64,000 bases of DNA from a virus (IMGVR_UViG_3300045110_000102:16645-80644); one strand, 5' to 3'. Shown: positions 40,037 to 49,136, numbered from the stretch's first letter. A program made the numbers and translations. The notes: generated by a model not told the origin, from the letters alone.

Positions 40037-41592
40037 TGCTCCCGCTCGAAGATGTAGCACCAGCGAGTATCCTGCGGGATGATCAGGAGAACGCACTGCA
40101 GACGCTGCGCGAGGCGGTCGGTCGCCGCGAGCACCGCATCTGCATGCAGGCACCGACCGGCTGGGGCAAGACCGTGTTCGCTGCTGCACTGGTGAACGCG
40201 GCGCACCAGCGCAACAAGAAGGTGATGTTCACGGTGCCAGCGATCTCACTGATCGACCAGACCGTCGGCATGTTCGCGAAGCAAGGCATCCTCGAAGTCG
40301 GCGTGATCCAAGCCAATCACCACATGACGAACTGGGATATGCCGATCCAAGTCTGCAGCGTGCAGACGTTGATGAAGCGCAAGGCGATGCCGAGCGTTGA
40401 CGTCGTGCTGATCGACGAGGTGCACATCTGGTTCAATGCTTACGAGAAGTGGCTCGGCACCGGCAAGGAAGGCGACACGGACCGCGTGCCAGAGTGGCGC
40501 GGCATCCCGGTGATCGGGCTCTCGGCAACACCGTGGAGCAAAGGGCTCGGCACGTGGTTCAGTCACTTCCACAAGGCAGCGACGATCCGCGAGATGATCG
40601 AGGCTGGCCATCTGTCGAACTTCAAAGTCTATGCGCCATCGCATCCGGACCTGTCGAACGTTCGCACCACCGGCGGCGACTATCAGATCGATGAACTGTC
40701 CGAAGCGATGCAGGAAGGCAGGCTCGTTGCCGACGCGGTTGATACGTGGCTGAAGCTCGGTGAAGGCAGGCCGACGCTTTGCTATGCGGTGGACCGCGCG
40801 CACGCGATGAAGCTCAAGCTGCAGTTCGAAGCGGCTGGTGTGCCGTGCGGATATCAGGATCACATGACATCGGATTCTGATCGAGCGTGGCTGCGCAAAG
40901 ACTTCCACAGCGGCAAGCTCAAGGTGGTGTGCAACGTCGAGACGTTGACCACCGGCATCGATTGGGATGTGCGATGCATCGTGCTGTGCCGACCGACGCG
41001 CAGCGACATGCTGTTCACGCAGATCATCGGACGCGGACTGCGCAACGCGCCGGGCAAGGATCACTGCTTGATCCTCGATCACTCCGACAATCACAACCGG
41101 CTCGGCTTCGTCACTGACATCGACGAGAGCTACGTCGGACTGCACGTCGGTCAGACGCCGCGCCACGACAATCGCACCAAGGAGATCAGACTGCCGAAGG
41201 AGTGCCAGCAGTGCGGATATCTGAAGATGCCGAAGATGTCGCGCTGCCCGGCGTGCGGGTTCGTTGCGCAGGTGCTGAGCAACGTCGAGCCCGATGCTGG
41301 AGAGCTTCGCGAGTTGCAGCCGAAGCCACCGAAGCCGAAGGCGGAGATCGTTACCGTCGAGCAGAAGGGCGTGTTCTACGCCGAGCTTAAGGGCTACGCG
41401 ATCAAGAAGGGTTACAAGAACGGCTGGGCCTATCACAAATATCGCGAGCGCTTCGGTGTTGCGCCAGCGGGTGTGATCGACAAGGTGCGACCGATCATGC
41501 CGACGCTCAGCACATTGAACTGGATCAAGCACATTCAGATTGCATTCGCTAAGTCGAAGACGCGAACGTGGGACGGCGCGCGAGGCGGGTGA
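40033..41592 (+). CDS. Superfamily 2 DEAD/DEAH helicase with Zn ribbon
   Basis: PTGWGKT, DEVH, SATP, QIIGRGLR, C..C..C..C. Confidence 0.93.
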   Translation: MMLPLEDVAPASILRDDQENALQTLREAVGRREHRICMQAPTGWGKTVFAAALVNAAHQRNKKVMFTVPAISLIDQTVGMFAKQGILEVGVIQANHHMTNWDMPIQVCSVQTLMKRKAMPSVDVVLIDEVHIWFNAYEKWLGTGKEGDTDRVPEWRGIPVIGLSATPWSKGLGTWFSHFHKAATIREMIEAGHLSNFKVYAPSHPDLSNVRTTGGDYQIDELSEAMQEGRLVADAVDTWLKLGEGRPTLCYAVDRAHAMKLKLQFEAAGVPCGYQDHMTSDSDRAWLRKDFHSGKLKVVCNVETLTTGIDWDVRCIVLCRPTRSDMLFTQIIGRGLRNAPGKDHCLILDHSDNHNRLGFVTDIDESYVGLHVGQTPRHDNRTKEIRLPKECQQCGYLKMPKMSRCPACGFVAQVLSNVEPDAGELRELQPKPPKPKAEIVTVEQKGVFYAELKGYAIKKGYKNGWAYHKYRERFGVAPAGVIDKVRPIMPTLSTLNWIKHIQIAFAKSKTRTWDGARGG

Positions 41593-41593
41593 T

Positions 41594-42232
41594 GTGAAAC
41601 GAAGACGAGGAAGCCACAGCAAATCGAACTACGTCGTCGGGTACTTCTTCGACAGCCAGATCATTGATCGTGACTTCGATGACGACGAGCTTGATCTCGT
41701 AGCACTGCGCGACAGGATCACGGCGGGCAAGGCGGTCGCACTGCATCCAGATGGAGATCGACGCGACACGATGGACGATCCGGTGCCGCTGCACAGTCAC
41801 GTGCCGAACGGCGGATCGTACGCGGAATTCCCGAGCGTGTATCTGATCCTGAAGGAAGCGAAGGCGCAGCGCGAAGCTGACCGAGCACGGGACATCGAGC
41901 GCGAGAAGCGCAGGAAGGAGGTCGAGCAGATCACCACCACGCAGGTCGAGGAGCGCAAGCACAAGCCGTGGAAGCCGCCGCAGTGGGTGCCGAAGCCGTT
42001 CGATCCGCGCGAGTACGATTGGACGCCGGAGCAGGCGATGCTCAACAACATGCGGCTGAACGATCCGCTCGCGCCCGGCATCGCGCGCGTGTGGCAAGGC
42101 TACGTGATGATCAACGAAGGCGATACGAAGAACGCAACACTGGCAAATCACGATGTGCCGTGGCGCGAGGTGTGGAGAGGTCGTGGGAAAATCATTTACG
42201 AGAGGAGTATAAATTATGGCTGGGTTGGATGA
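41594..42232 (+). CDS. Hypothetical protein
   Basis: Open frame directly after the helicase. Confidence 0.55.
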   Translation: MKRRRGSHSKSNYVVGYFFDSQIIDRDFDDDELDLVALRDRITAGKAVALHPDGDRRDTMDDPVPLHSHVPNGGSYAEFPSVYLILKEAKAQREADRARDIEREKRRKEVEQITTTQVEERKHKPWKPPQWVPKPFDPREYDWTPEQAMLNNMRLNDPLAPGIARVWQGYVMINEGDTKNATLANHDVPWREVWRGRGKIIYERSINYGWVG

Positions 42233-42542
42233 TGAGATGCAGTCAGCGCTCGAAGCTGACGGAGAGAAGCTGCGCCAGTTGACCGGCGAGGATCACGGGC
42301 CGTTCGAGCTACCTGAATTCTCGGTCTGGCAATTCCTGATCGACGGAACGCAGGAGAAGGTGCGCGACCATGTCACCGCGCGCGAAGCGGTCGAGGCCGC
42401 GCGTCATTACACCAACAACGTCGCGACGAAGATGGGGGTCACCGAGCGCGTGATCATCACCGACGGCGGCGACGACTGCGTGTTCGAGTGGAAGAAGGAA
42501 GAGGGCATCACGTTCCCGCCAGAAGCAAAGGGGCGACGATGA
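42216..42542 (+). CDS. Hypothetical phage protein
   Basis: GAGGAG RBS; RVIITDGGD..VFEWK..G. Confidence 0.65.
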   Translation: MAGLDDEMQSALEADGEKLRQLTGEDHGPFELPEFSVWQFLIDGTQEKVRDHVTAREAVEAARHYTNNVATKMGVTERVIITDGGDDCVFEWKKEEGITFPPEAKGRR

Positions 42543-42844
42543 ACATCATTGAATATCTGAAACGTCAGCGCGTGTTCTCGGAGCGGGCATTCGGCCCCGG
42601 CGACAGGGCGAAGGGAGTTGTGGATCACATCCGCAAGGAATTGGTGGAGGTTGAGCAAGACCCGCGCGATCTGAAAGAGTGGATCGACGTTGTGACGCTG
42701 GCGCTGGATGGCGCATGGCGGGCAGGCTTCTCGCCGGAACAGATCGCCGCTCAACTGGAAGCGACCCTCGCGCGCAATGAAGCCAGAGCGTGGCCCGATT
42801 GGCGCACCATGCCAGCAGACCAAGCAATCGAGCACATCCGATGA
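42539..42844 (+). CDS. DUF550 dATP/dGTP pyrophosphohydrolase (MazG-like)
   Basis: FGPG...GV.DHIRKEL.E...EW.DV..LALDG.WR...WPDWR..IEH. Confidence 0.85.
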   Translation: MNIIEYLKRQRVFSERAFGPGDRAKGVVDHIRKELVEVEQDPRDLKEWIDVVTLALDGAWRAGFSPEQIAAQLEATLARNEARAWPDWRTMPADQAIEHIR

Positions 42845-43095
42845 GTCATCACACCATCGAGTGGATCGACATGGAGAGGAAGCCGAAGGTCGCGCCGAAC
42901 CCGGCGTATCCTGATGGCATCGACATCGACCTGTCGCGCGGTGCGGAGAAGACGTGCACCGTCGAGCTACCGTATCCGGCGAAGCGCATCGGCTACTACG
43001 TTGTCGCGTGCACCCAGTGCGACTTGCGCACCGGCATCACGACCGCCGGTCGCCCCGATGATCCGCGTTCAGTCAAACTGGAGTGCAAGCGATGA
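42841..43095 (+). CDS. Small Cys-containing hypothetical protein
   Basis: Coupled ORF; C..C...TTAGR.DDP. Confidence 0.6.
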   Translation: MSHHTIEWIDMERKPKVAPNPAYPDGIDIDLSRGAEKTCTVELPYPAKRIGYYVVACTQCDLRTGITTAGRPDDPRSVKLECKR

Positions 43096-43400
43096 CGCAC
43101 ACGAAGGACCTGCTCGCCGACGAACTGATGAAGCTCGGCCTGATCAACATGAGTCTGCAGGCGCGCGGCGGCTACTACCACGACTTCCTGTCACCGCTGG
43201 CGACGCCGGAGATTCAACTCGTCAACGATCTGGCAGAGGCCGCGCGCAAGCGCAACGACATCCGAGACCCGATCATGGAGTTGCGCCAGCGCGTGATCAA
43301 TGGCGACTTCGATGCCAACCGCGAGGAGAGCGACGCGTGGGCGGCGAGCGAGGAAGGGCAGGATGCATTCCGCAGGCTGATCAGGGACAAGCCGTCGTGA
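43092..43400 (+). CDS. Hypothetical protein
   Basis: ATGA coupling. Confidence 0.6.
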   Translation: MTHTKDLLADELMKLGLINMSLQARGGYYHDFLSPLATPEIQLVNDLAEAARKRNDIRDPIMELRQRVINGDFDANREESDAWAASEEGQDAFRRLIRDKPS

Positions 43401-43657
43401 GCGTGATCGACCGGGTGTCGCTGTGGGATCAGATCGCGGAGGTGAAGCGCGAGATTGATCAGCGCAAGCGCGTATACGTTAGGATGATTGCGCAGGAGAA
43501 GATGACCAAGGCAGAAGCAGAGCGACGCATGACGGTGATGTGCGCTGTGCTGGCGACGCTGGAGCGATTACGCGGGCTGGGCAACAAGATCAACGACGAA
43601 GGAGAGCCCAATGACTCACGAGGAGGAATTAAAAGCACTGCAGAAGACGGTCCTTGA
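43397..43657 (+). CDS. Hypothetical phage protein
   Basis: QIAEVKREI..RKRVY motif. Confidence 0.6.
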   Translation: MSVIDRVSLWDQIAEVKREIDQRKRVYVRMIAQEKMTKAEAERRMTVMCAVLATLERLRGLGNKINDEGEPNDSRGGIKSTAEDGP

Positions 43658-43856
43658 ATTCGAAGAGGTGGCGACACGAGTGGAGGAGAGGTTCACAACG
43701 GCCTACGATCCGACCGTTGAGAGCAAGCGGGTCAACGTCTCGATGGGATGGTGGCTGGTGATCAAGCGCCTCGGGCTGGCGATATGGATCAGCGACACGA
43801 AGCCGGAGATCACATCCGGCGACCTGTTGTCGATCAGCATCAAGAAGGTCCCTTGA
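43611..43856 (+). CDS. Hypothetical protein
   Basis: AAGGAG RBS. Confidence 0.55.
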   Translation: MTHEEELKALQKTVLEFEEVATRVEERFTTAYDPTVESKRVNVSMGWWLVIKRLGLAIWISDTKPEITSGDLLSISIKKVP

Positions 43857-43878
43857 GATCGCAGCGGTGATCGCATAG

Positions 43879-43982
43879 GGTCCGGGCCTTCCAGCGGGCG
43901 AGACTTGGGTTTGAAGTTTGCTCCTTTGACCAAGACTCCGAGCGGACCGGAGGGGGCGGCGGCGCAAGCTGCTGCCCCTTCT
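43879..43982 (+). ncRNA. Candidate anti-RBS small RNA with 3' terminator hairpin
   Basis: Nested stems display GTTTGCTCCTTTGAC; GCAA-tetraloop hairpin with G-U pairs valid only on the + strand. Confidence 0.55.
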
Positions 43983-44073
43983 GCGCGACTCCTACGTAGG
44001 GAACGTCATTGCAACCGGGGAGTTGAGGTCCCGGCGACATCCGTCGCCACCTTGATCAAGGAAGGAAACGCAA

Positions 44074-44274
44074 ATGACGAACCAGAATCTGAAGAGCGCC
44101 GCCGAACAGGTGAAGGCATCGCTCGACAAGATCACGCAGGCCAAGGACAACCCGCAGCAGATGCAGCAGGCGATCAACGACGCGAAGCAGAAGGTCGATC
44201 AGCTTGTGCAGCAGGCGGACCAAGGTTCACAGCAGGCTGGCAGCGGCGGACAGAGCCAAGGCCAGCAGCGCTAA
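44074..44274 (+). CDS. Small Gln-rich hydrophilic protein
   Basis: AAGGA RBS; stand-alone gene with its own terminator. Confidence 0.7.
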   Translation: MTNQNLKSAAEQVKASLDKITQAKDNPQQMQQAINDAKQKVDQLVQQADQGSQQAGSGGQSQGQQR

Positions 44275-44320
44275 TAAAAAAAGGCCCCCGACCACCACGC
44301 GGTGATCGGGGGCTTTTCAG
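44275..44320. terminator. Bidirectional intrinsic terminator
   Basis: A tract, GCCCCCGA..TCGGGGGC stem, T tract, between convergent genes. Confidence 0.85.
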
Positions 44321-44322
44321 TT

Positions 44323-44529
44323 TCAGTGATGCACGAGCGACATCACGTGTTCAGGTGTCAGATTATATCTCCTCATCACGAGCAGCAGCATCTCGACCGC
44401 AGCGGGGATCGAGTGCTTCTCAGCGATCCATTTCCGAACGGTGGTCTCGTTGACGTGGAAGAACGTCGCGGAGTCGATCTGCGTCAGCTTGAGATGAGAG
44501 ATCGCGTCGCGATACTCATCGCCAGTCAT
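44323..44529 (-). CDS. XRE-type HTH protein
   Basis: L.LTQ..SA.FFHV...TVRKW.....IP. Confidence 0.75.
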   Translation of the reverse strand: MTGDEYRDAISHLKLTQIDSATFFHVNETTVRKWIAEKHSIPAAVEMLLLVMRRYNLTPEHVMSLVHH

Positions 44530-44543
44530 CGGTGCATTCCTTT

Positions 44544-44840
44544 TCAGTAGCGGCGTTGTGGATAGTAGGGCGCATGCGGTGGCGGCGGCGGGTCCGGGTA
44601 TCGATTGACGGACACGTTGCTGCCGTAGATCGGATCGCGATATGGATCGACCGGAACGCATTGCACGTTGGTCTTCATCTGCAGGCGCGCACCATTGATC
44701 GTCGCACTGGGCGGGACTTGGTATAGCGTCTGCGCGGCGTACTCGCAGGCCTCGCGTGAAGGCCAGTCGGTGTGGTTCGAATCGACAGACACGCTGCCGG
44801 TGTTCGACACCACGATCATCGCGTACATCAATCGCCACAT
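44544..44840 (-). CDS. Hypothetical exported protein
   Basis: S.EACE.A...CVP motif. Confidence 0.55.
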   Translation of the reverse strand: MWRLMYAMIVVSNTGSVSVDSNHTDWPSREACEYAAQTLYQVPPSATINGARLQMKTNVQCVPVDPYRDPIYGSNVSVNRYPDPPPPPHAPYYPQRRY

Positions 44841-45112
44841 GGTCGTGCTCCCTTCCTTCGCTCCATGCTGACGATCTCCACCTTGCCGAACGCACCGAAC
44901 ACCGTCTTGACCACGCGGTTCATTGCCTCGTGGTCGCTGGTGTCGTCGTTCGTCAGGCTGTAGGCAGCGCCGGAGATCATGTCGGCGGCGACTGCCATCA
45001 ACACGACCGCGACGTCTTCCTCGTCGTCGAGTAGCTGGGTGACCAGCATGACCGACTTGCGTGCTCGCTCGACTGCGGTCTTCGCGAGGTCGTTGACAAT
45101 TGCTTGGCTCAT
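44828..45112 (-). CDS. Hypothetical protein
   Basis: AAGGAGCAA RBS. Confidence 0.6.
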   Translation of the reverse strand: MSQAIVNDLAKTAVERARKSVMLVTQLLDDEEDVAVVLMAVAADMISGAAYSLTNDDTSDHEAMNRVVKTVFGAFGKVEIVSMERRKGARPCGD

Positions 45113-45342
45113 TTCCTGTTGCTCCTTATGGTGCCGGTCTGCTGACCGAGCGGGTTGTAGATCGTGGTCGTGCCGTTGCTCGTGACCGCGCGCCCGGTGT
45201 TCTGACCGAGCGCGTTCGAGAACGTGGTGGTGTTGCCGCTGGTCACAGCGCGGCCAGTCTCACGACCCATCGAGTCGCGGAAGGTTTGCTGCTGCGCCAG
45301 CGCTGGCGAGCACAGCAGCATCAGTGCGAGGAGGACTCTCAT
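45109..45342 (-). CDS. Small secreted repeat protein
   Basis: Signal peptide; three TTT(F/I)x(D/N)xxG..TG repeats. Confidence 0.65.
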   Translation of the reverse strand: MRVLLALMLLCSPALAQQQTFRDSMGRETGRAVTSGNTTTFSNALGQNTGRAVTSNGTTTIYNPLGQQTGTIRSNRK

Positions 45343-45893
45343 CGGGCGACCCACGGTCGGCGCGCCTTCGGCTTCGGGTTGGTCTTCGCGCGGGGCTTCT
45401 TCGTCGGCTGATCGAGCAGCCACTGCTGCCCGGCATCGAGGCCAAGCTCGTACAGCTTCGGCGCGGTGTGACGCGCGAAGAAGAAGTCGAGCACGCCATA
45501 GACGCCGTTGCGCAACGCCGCGCGCCGCACGTACGCGGTGGCGAACGGCACGCCGAAGTAGCCATAGACCTGACCGTTGTCTTCGATGGTCGGATCGACG
45601 ACGACACCGTCGGCATCGACCAGCCACGCGTGATCGATGCCGACGCCGTGGATGTAGGCCTTGCCCTCGCAGTAGGTGAGGTCGGGATTCCACAGCGCGG
45701 TGTGCAGCGCGTTCATGAAGCAGCCGTGTCGCTCACCGCGCGGTCCATCGTACGTGTGAGGACCGATGCGATACGCGCGCGCGTGCGCCAGCATGAAGTC
45801 GTTGTAGACATTCGGCCCGAAGGCCTCCCGTCGGGTCTCGAAGTCGGCGCGCATGCCAACTTCAATCTCCTCCGGCGTGAGGGTGTTCATCAT
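45339..45893 (-). CDS. Hypothetical protein (transglutaminase-like C/H/D motif)
   Basis: CFMNA...YCEG...HAW.VD.....DPT...YFGVPF. Confidence 0.65.
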   Translation of the reverse strand: MMNTLTPEEIEVGMRADFETRREAFGPNVYNDFMLAHARAYRIGPHTYDGPRGERHGCFMNALHTALWNPDLTYCEGKAYIHGVGIDHAWLVDADGVVVDPTIEDNGQVYGYFGVPFATAYVRRAALRNGVYGVLDFFFARHTAPKLYELGLDAGQQWLLDQPTKKPRAKTNPKPKARRPWVAR

Positions 45894-46172
45894 TGTCTTT
45901 GCTCCTTTGATTGTTGATGTAGTGAAACAGTGCGACGCGGTCGTTGTCGTCGAGGCGCACGTCGCTGTAGGTCAGGGCTTCGATTCCTCGGCGCTGGAAT
46001 AGTCTGGCCAGCGCTGCCAGTGTTCTCTCGTCCATTGCATCTCCGTGTCTGGTTGATAGGTTCAGAACGCCTGTCGCATCATGAGCAATGCGACCACAAG
46101 CAGGACAGCAGAGAAGACGGCGACCGCCGCCATCGCTGTCACCTCTTCGGTCCACATGTCCGGGTCCCCCAT

Positions 46173-46204
46173 AGAAAAGCCCGGCAGCGGGATTGCTGCC
46201 GGGC
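46173..46204 (-). terminator. Intrinsic terminator
   Basis: GCCCGGCAGC hairpin followed by TTTTCT on the minus strand. Confidence 0.75.
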
Positions 46205-46222
46205 CGAGTGCGTCGTTGGTCG

Positions 46223-46699
46223 TCAGCCGTTGTTGATCAGGTCGAGCGCCGCCTTGCCTGTCAACGGCATCTTGCGAGTCTCACCAGACTTCTTCGCCTT
46301 CATCTTCGCGATGCGGCCAGCCGCCTTCGCCTTCTTGACCGAGGCCTGCTCGGCCTTGATCTCATCGGCGACCGCAGCATCCTTCGCGCTCCTACGTAGG
46401 AACGTCGGGATATCGAGATCAACGTCGCGCGGTGGCGGCGTGATCGCGGCATGTGCCTTGACCGGCGGCACCACCGTGACCGGACCATGCGGCGGGTCAG
46501 CGATGAATGAACCGGTCGGAGGGTCCGCAACGAACTTCACTTCAGGCTCCGCCGCCAGCGCCGCGATCATCTTCGCGCGCGCCAGCCGCTTCGCTTCCTT
46601 CTCCAGCTTGGCGAGGTTCGTCATCGTCAGCTTGAGCTTCGTCTTGTTCTTCGCGATCAGTCTCTCGACGTGATCGAGGTCGCGCTTCTTCTTTGCCAT
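46223..46699 (-). CDS. Basic hypothetical protein
   Basis: TCAAAGGAGCC RBS; contains LDIPTFLRR. Confidence 0.7.
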   Translation of the reverse strand: MAKKKRDLDHVERLIAKNKTKLKLTMTNLAKLEKEAKRLARAKMIAALAAEPEVKFVADPPTGSFIADPPHGPVTVVPPVKAHAAITPPPRDVDLDIPTFLRRSAKDAAVADEIKAEQASVKKAKAAGRIAKMKAKKSGETRKMPLTGKAALDLINNG

Positions 46700-46880
46700 G
46701 TTGGCTCCTTTGATTGTCAAACAGCCCGCTCGACGAGCGAGCAGGTGAAGTGTAGCAAACGCACTTGCGCCAAATCGCGAGTCGAGCCGATGCGCATGCA
46801 GCAAACCACTGCAGCACAAGGGTCGAGCATCGCGATTTGGAAAACTTGACTCCGATAAATACAGGGCGAGACGCGCGTGA

Positions 46881-47156
46881 TCAGCGCGGATCGTTATCGG
46901 AAACCACTGTGAGTGAAGGGGCGACGCTGACGGAAATATTTTTTCCGAGCGTCTCCTTCGCGATCTCACTGGCGCGGTCGAGCGCGCGAGCAAAGCCATC
47001 GTGCCAGCCCTCGCAGTACTCGCGAGCCATCCTGATCTTCAAGCACTGCTCGTCGCGGTTCTTGTAGCTCCAGCCGCGCACCTCAACGTCGTTGATGGTC
47101 ACGGTGATCTCGCCTTCATCGTTGTCGATCAGGCGAGGGAAGTGTGGAGTGTTCAT
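46881..47156 (-). CDS. Hypothetical protein
   Basis: AAGGAGCA RBS. Confidence 0.55.
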   Translation of the reverse strand: MNTPHFPRLIDNDEGEITVTINDVEVRGWSYKNRDEQCLKIRMAREYCEGWHDGFARALDRASEIAKETLGKNISVSVAPSLTVVSDNDPR

Positions 47157-47446
47157 CGTGTCTGCTCCTTCGGTGCAGCGTAGCGGGGGCGGAAGCAATG
47201 ACGCAGCACGAATAGCTGGCGGTCGAGGTGTCGCTCGATGCCGACGATGTCGTGCACGAAGTGCTCATCGGGAGAGTCGAGCAGATCGTTGAGACGCAGC
47301 GGCACCGCGAGATGCGTGGCCACAAGGTCCATCTTCACGTCGCGCTCTTCGCGATCAGGAAAGAACACGAGCGCACGATGCACGATGGCATCGATCACCG
47401 CGAACTCGCTCTGGCTGATCGGTGGTGTCTTCACTCTGGGCTTCAT
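47153..47446 (-). CDS. DUF6874-like protein
   Basis: MDL.ATH..PLRL..LL...D..F.HDI.GI..HLDR....CF.PRY. Confidence 0.7.
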   Translation of the reverse strand: MKPRVKTPPISQSEFAVIDAIVHRALVFFPDREERDVKMDLVATHLAVPLRLNDLLDSPDEHFVHDIVGIERHLDRQLFVLRHCFRPRYAAPKEQTR

Positions 47447-47466
47447 CTGGTTTGCTCCTTCTGGGT

Positions 47467-47724
47467 TCAGATGATGTAGTCGGGATCGGTCGGCCCATTG
47501 CCGCCGAACCATTGCTGCTCTGCGAGATACTCCTTCGCGATCTCGCTCGCTTCATCGTCGTCGAGCCTCACGTTGAGGTACGACCAGACGGCGACGAACA
47601 TCGGCTCAGCGCCGCATTGCCAGCCGACGAGCCGCGCGTTGTCGGGCCTCTCGTCGGCATCCTGTTCTGCGCCGGTGTCATCGAGGCACAGGCTGATGTA
47701 GGGGATGGCGTCTTCGCGTTTCAT
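47467..47724 (-). CDS. Acidic hypothetical protein
   Basis: GGAGG RBS. Confidence 0.55.
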   Translation of the reverse strand: MKREDAIPYISLCLDDTGAEQDADERPDNARLVGWQCGAEPMFVAVWSYLNVRLDDDEASEIAKEYLAEQQWFGGNGPTDPDYII

Positions 47725-47954
47725 CGGTCCTCCACCCAGTTGAAGTAGAAGCGCGGGCTGTGCGTGAATTCCAGCGAGCCCTTCTTGCCGTCGCTCTTGC
47801 GCGTGACGACAACGAACGGAGCGGCGAACGAGTGCACCGTGAATTCGCGGCTCATCTCGTCCGTCGTCCAGCGTTGATCGGCCACTGCGAGATCGTGCAG
47901 CGGTTGATTGTCGGCGAGCATCGCGCGCCGCAGTCCTTCAGTGTGGTCAGTCAT
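47721..47954 (-). CDS. Hypothetical phage protein
   Basis: F.APFVVV.RKSDG..GSLEF.H.PRFYF. Confidence 0.65.
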   Translation of the reverse strand: MTDHTEGLRRAMLADNQPLHDLAVADQRWTTDEMSREFTVHSFAAPFVVVTRKSDGKKGSLEFTHSPRFYFNWVEDR

Positions 47955-48147
47955 AGTCGGTGGCTCCTTTGGCCAATTGAAAACGATGCGGCTTGGTCTT
48001 CACCAAGTGCATGTAGACATCGCGGGCAGTCACCTCGCGGCGTTCGATGTCGTGTCCGCCGCACTGCGTACAATTCCAGCCGCCGAAGCCGTCGTCACCG
48101 CAGGTGTTGCAGTGATAGGCCTCGGCGCGCTCTTGCTCAGTCATCAT
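47947..48147 (-). CDS. Small Zn-ribbon protein
   Basis: CNTC...CTQC. Confidence 0.5.
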   Translation of the reverse strand: MMTEQERAEAYHCNTCGDDGFGGWNCTQCGGHDIERREVTARDVYMHLVKTKPHRFQLAKGATDYD

Positions 48148-48460
48148 GCTCCTTCTCCTCGGGCGGCCAGCGCCACGTGTCTTCGTTGTCGTCCCACTCC
48201 ATGCCGACCGGGATCAGCCAGAGGTCACCGTCTTGATGCAGCGTGTACTGCACGCCGCTCTCGCTGGTGACGCGGGCCTTGTCGATGACAATGTCCCACG
48301 CTTCCCAGTAGTGTTCGTGATCCGGGCCAGCTTCGAGGATGGCCCAGTCTTCGTCGCTCACGTCCGCCACGTGCGAGCGTGCAACGTGGATCGTGAAGTC
48401 GCGCGGGATGTAGATGCCGCGCGCATCGTTCAGCAGCAGTAGTGCTTCAGGTCTCGTCAT
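48137..48460 (-). CDS. Hypothetical phage protein
   Basis: RGIYIPR.F...YWEAW...Y.L.QDGDLW. Confidence 0.65.
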   Translation of the reverse strand: MTRPEALLLLNDARGIYIPRDFTIHVARSHVADVSDEDWAILEAGPDHEHYWEAWDIVIDKARVTSESGVQYTLHQDGDLWLIPVGMEWDDNEDTWRWPPEEKEHDD

Positions 48461-48650
48461 CGCTTTGCTCCTTTGTTGGGAAAGATGAATGTCTCGTCGG
48501 ACAGTTGCCGCTCCATCTCGCGGCGCTCGATCTCGGTGGCTACTGGATCGGGATGAAGCCGACGCAGATGTTGCGTCGGAGTCTCGTCGAACGATGGCGA
48601 TGGCTCGCCGTTCAACATGGCGCGCATGGCGCATTGGATGCAGATCATCA

Positions 48651-49136
48651 TCAGCTTGTTGCTCCTTCTGGAATATTCCACTGCATCCCGTTCTCGTCGG
48701 GCTCGGTCATGTTCACTTCGTGCTCGCCGTGATGATCGACCATCGTGCGTCGTGTCGTGCGAGCGGCACCGCACACAACGCGATAGCCGCCCTTCACCAG
48801 CAGTTCGATGACCGAGCGTACGTCGTTGCGTCGCCATGCTGTCGGCGTGCCGGGCATGGTGAGCGCAGCCATCACTTGCGGATCGGTCGATGGTGCGAAC
48901 ACCACCTTGGATCGGTCGGGCCGCATCGCAGCGACCAGCCGCTCGCGCGGGTCCTCGCGCGACTGGCTCTGCAGCCAGAGGCATTCGAACTCGATGCAAG
49001 CGGGCGGTCGCTCCTCGTAAATCGTGCAGCCCTTGCCGATGTCGCAGTGCGTGCACCAGACACCGGCGGGCTTCTTGATGGCGGGGATGTCGAACACGCG
49101 ACAGCACGCCGTGCAGCTTCCGCAGTGGTTTGTCAT
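48651..49136 (-). CDS. YkgJ-like CxxCxxCC protein
   Basis: CGSCTACC...C.HC...C.IY..RP..C..F.C.WL. Confidence 0.75.
   Translation of the reverse strand: MTNHCGSCTACCRVFDIPAIKKPAGVWCTHCDIGKGCTIYEERPPACIEFECLWLQSQSREDPRERLVAAMRPDRSKVVFAPSTDPQVMAALTMPGTPTAWRRNDVRSVIELLVKGGYRVVCGAARTTRRTMVDHHGEHEVNMTEPDENGMQWNIPEGATS

Noticed and set aside
42539-42844. Z-genome (2-aminoadenine) pathway suggested by DUF550
   Set aside because: No PurZ, DatZ or phage polymerase in the window; DUF550 is common on its own
43703-43933. Minus-strand ORF overlapping the sRNA candidate
   Set aside because: Its TTG start lies upstream of the AAAGGAG rather than after it, and it is antisense to a credible + strand gene
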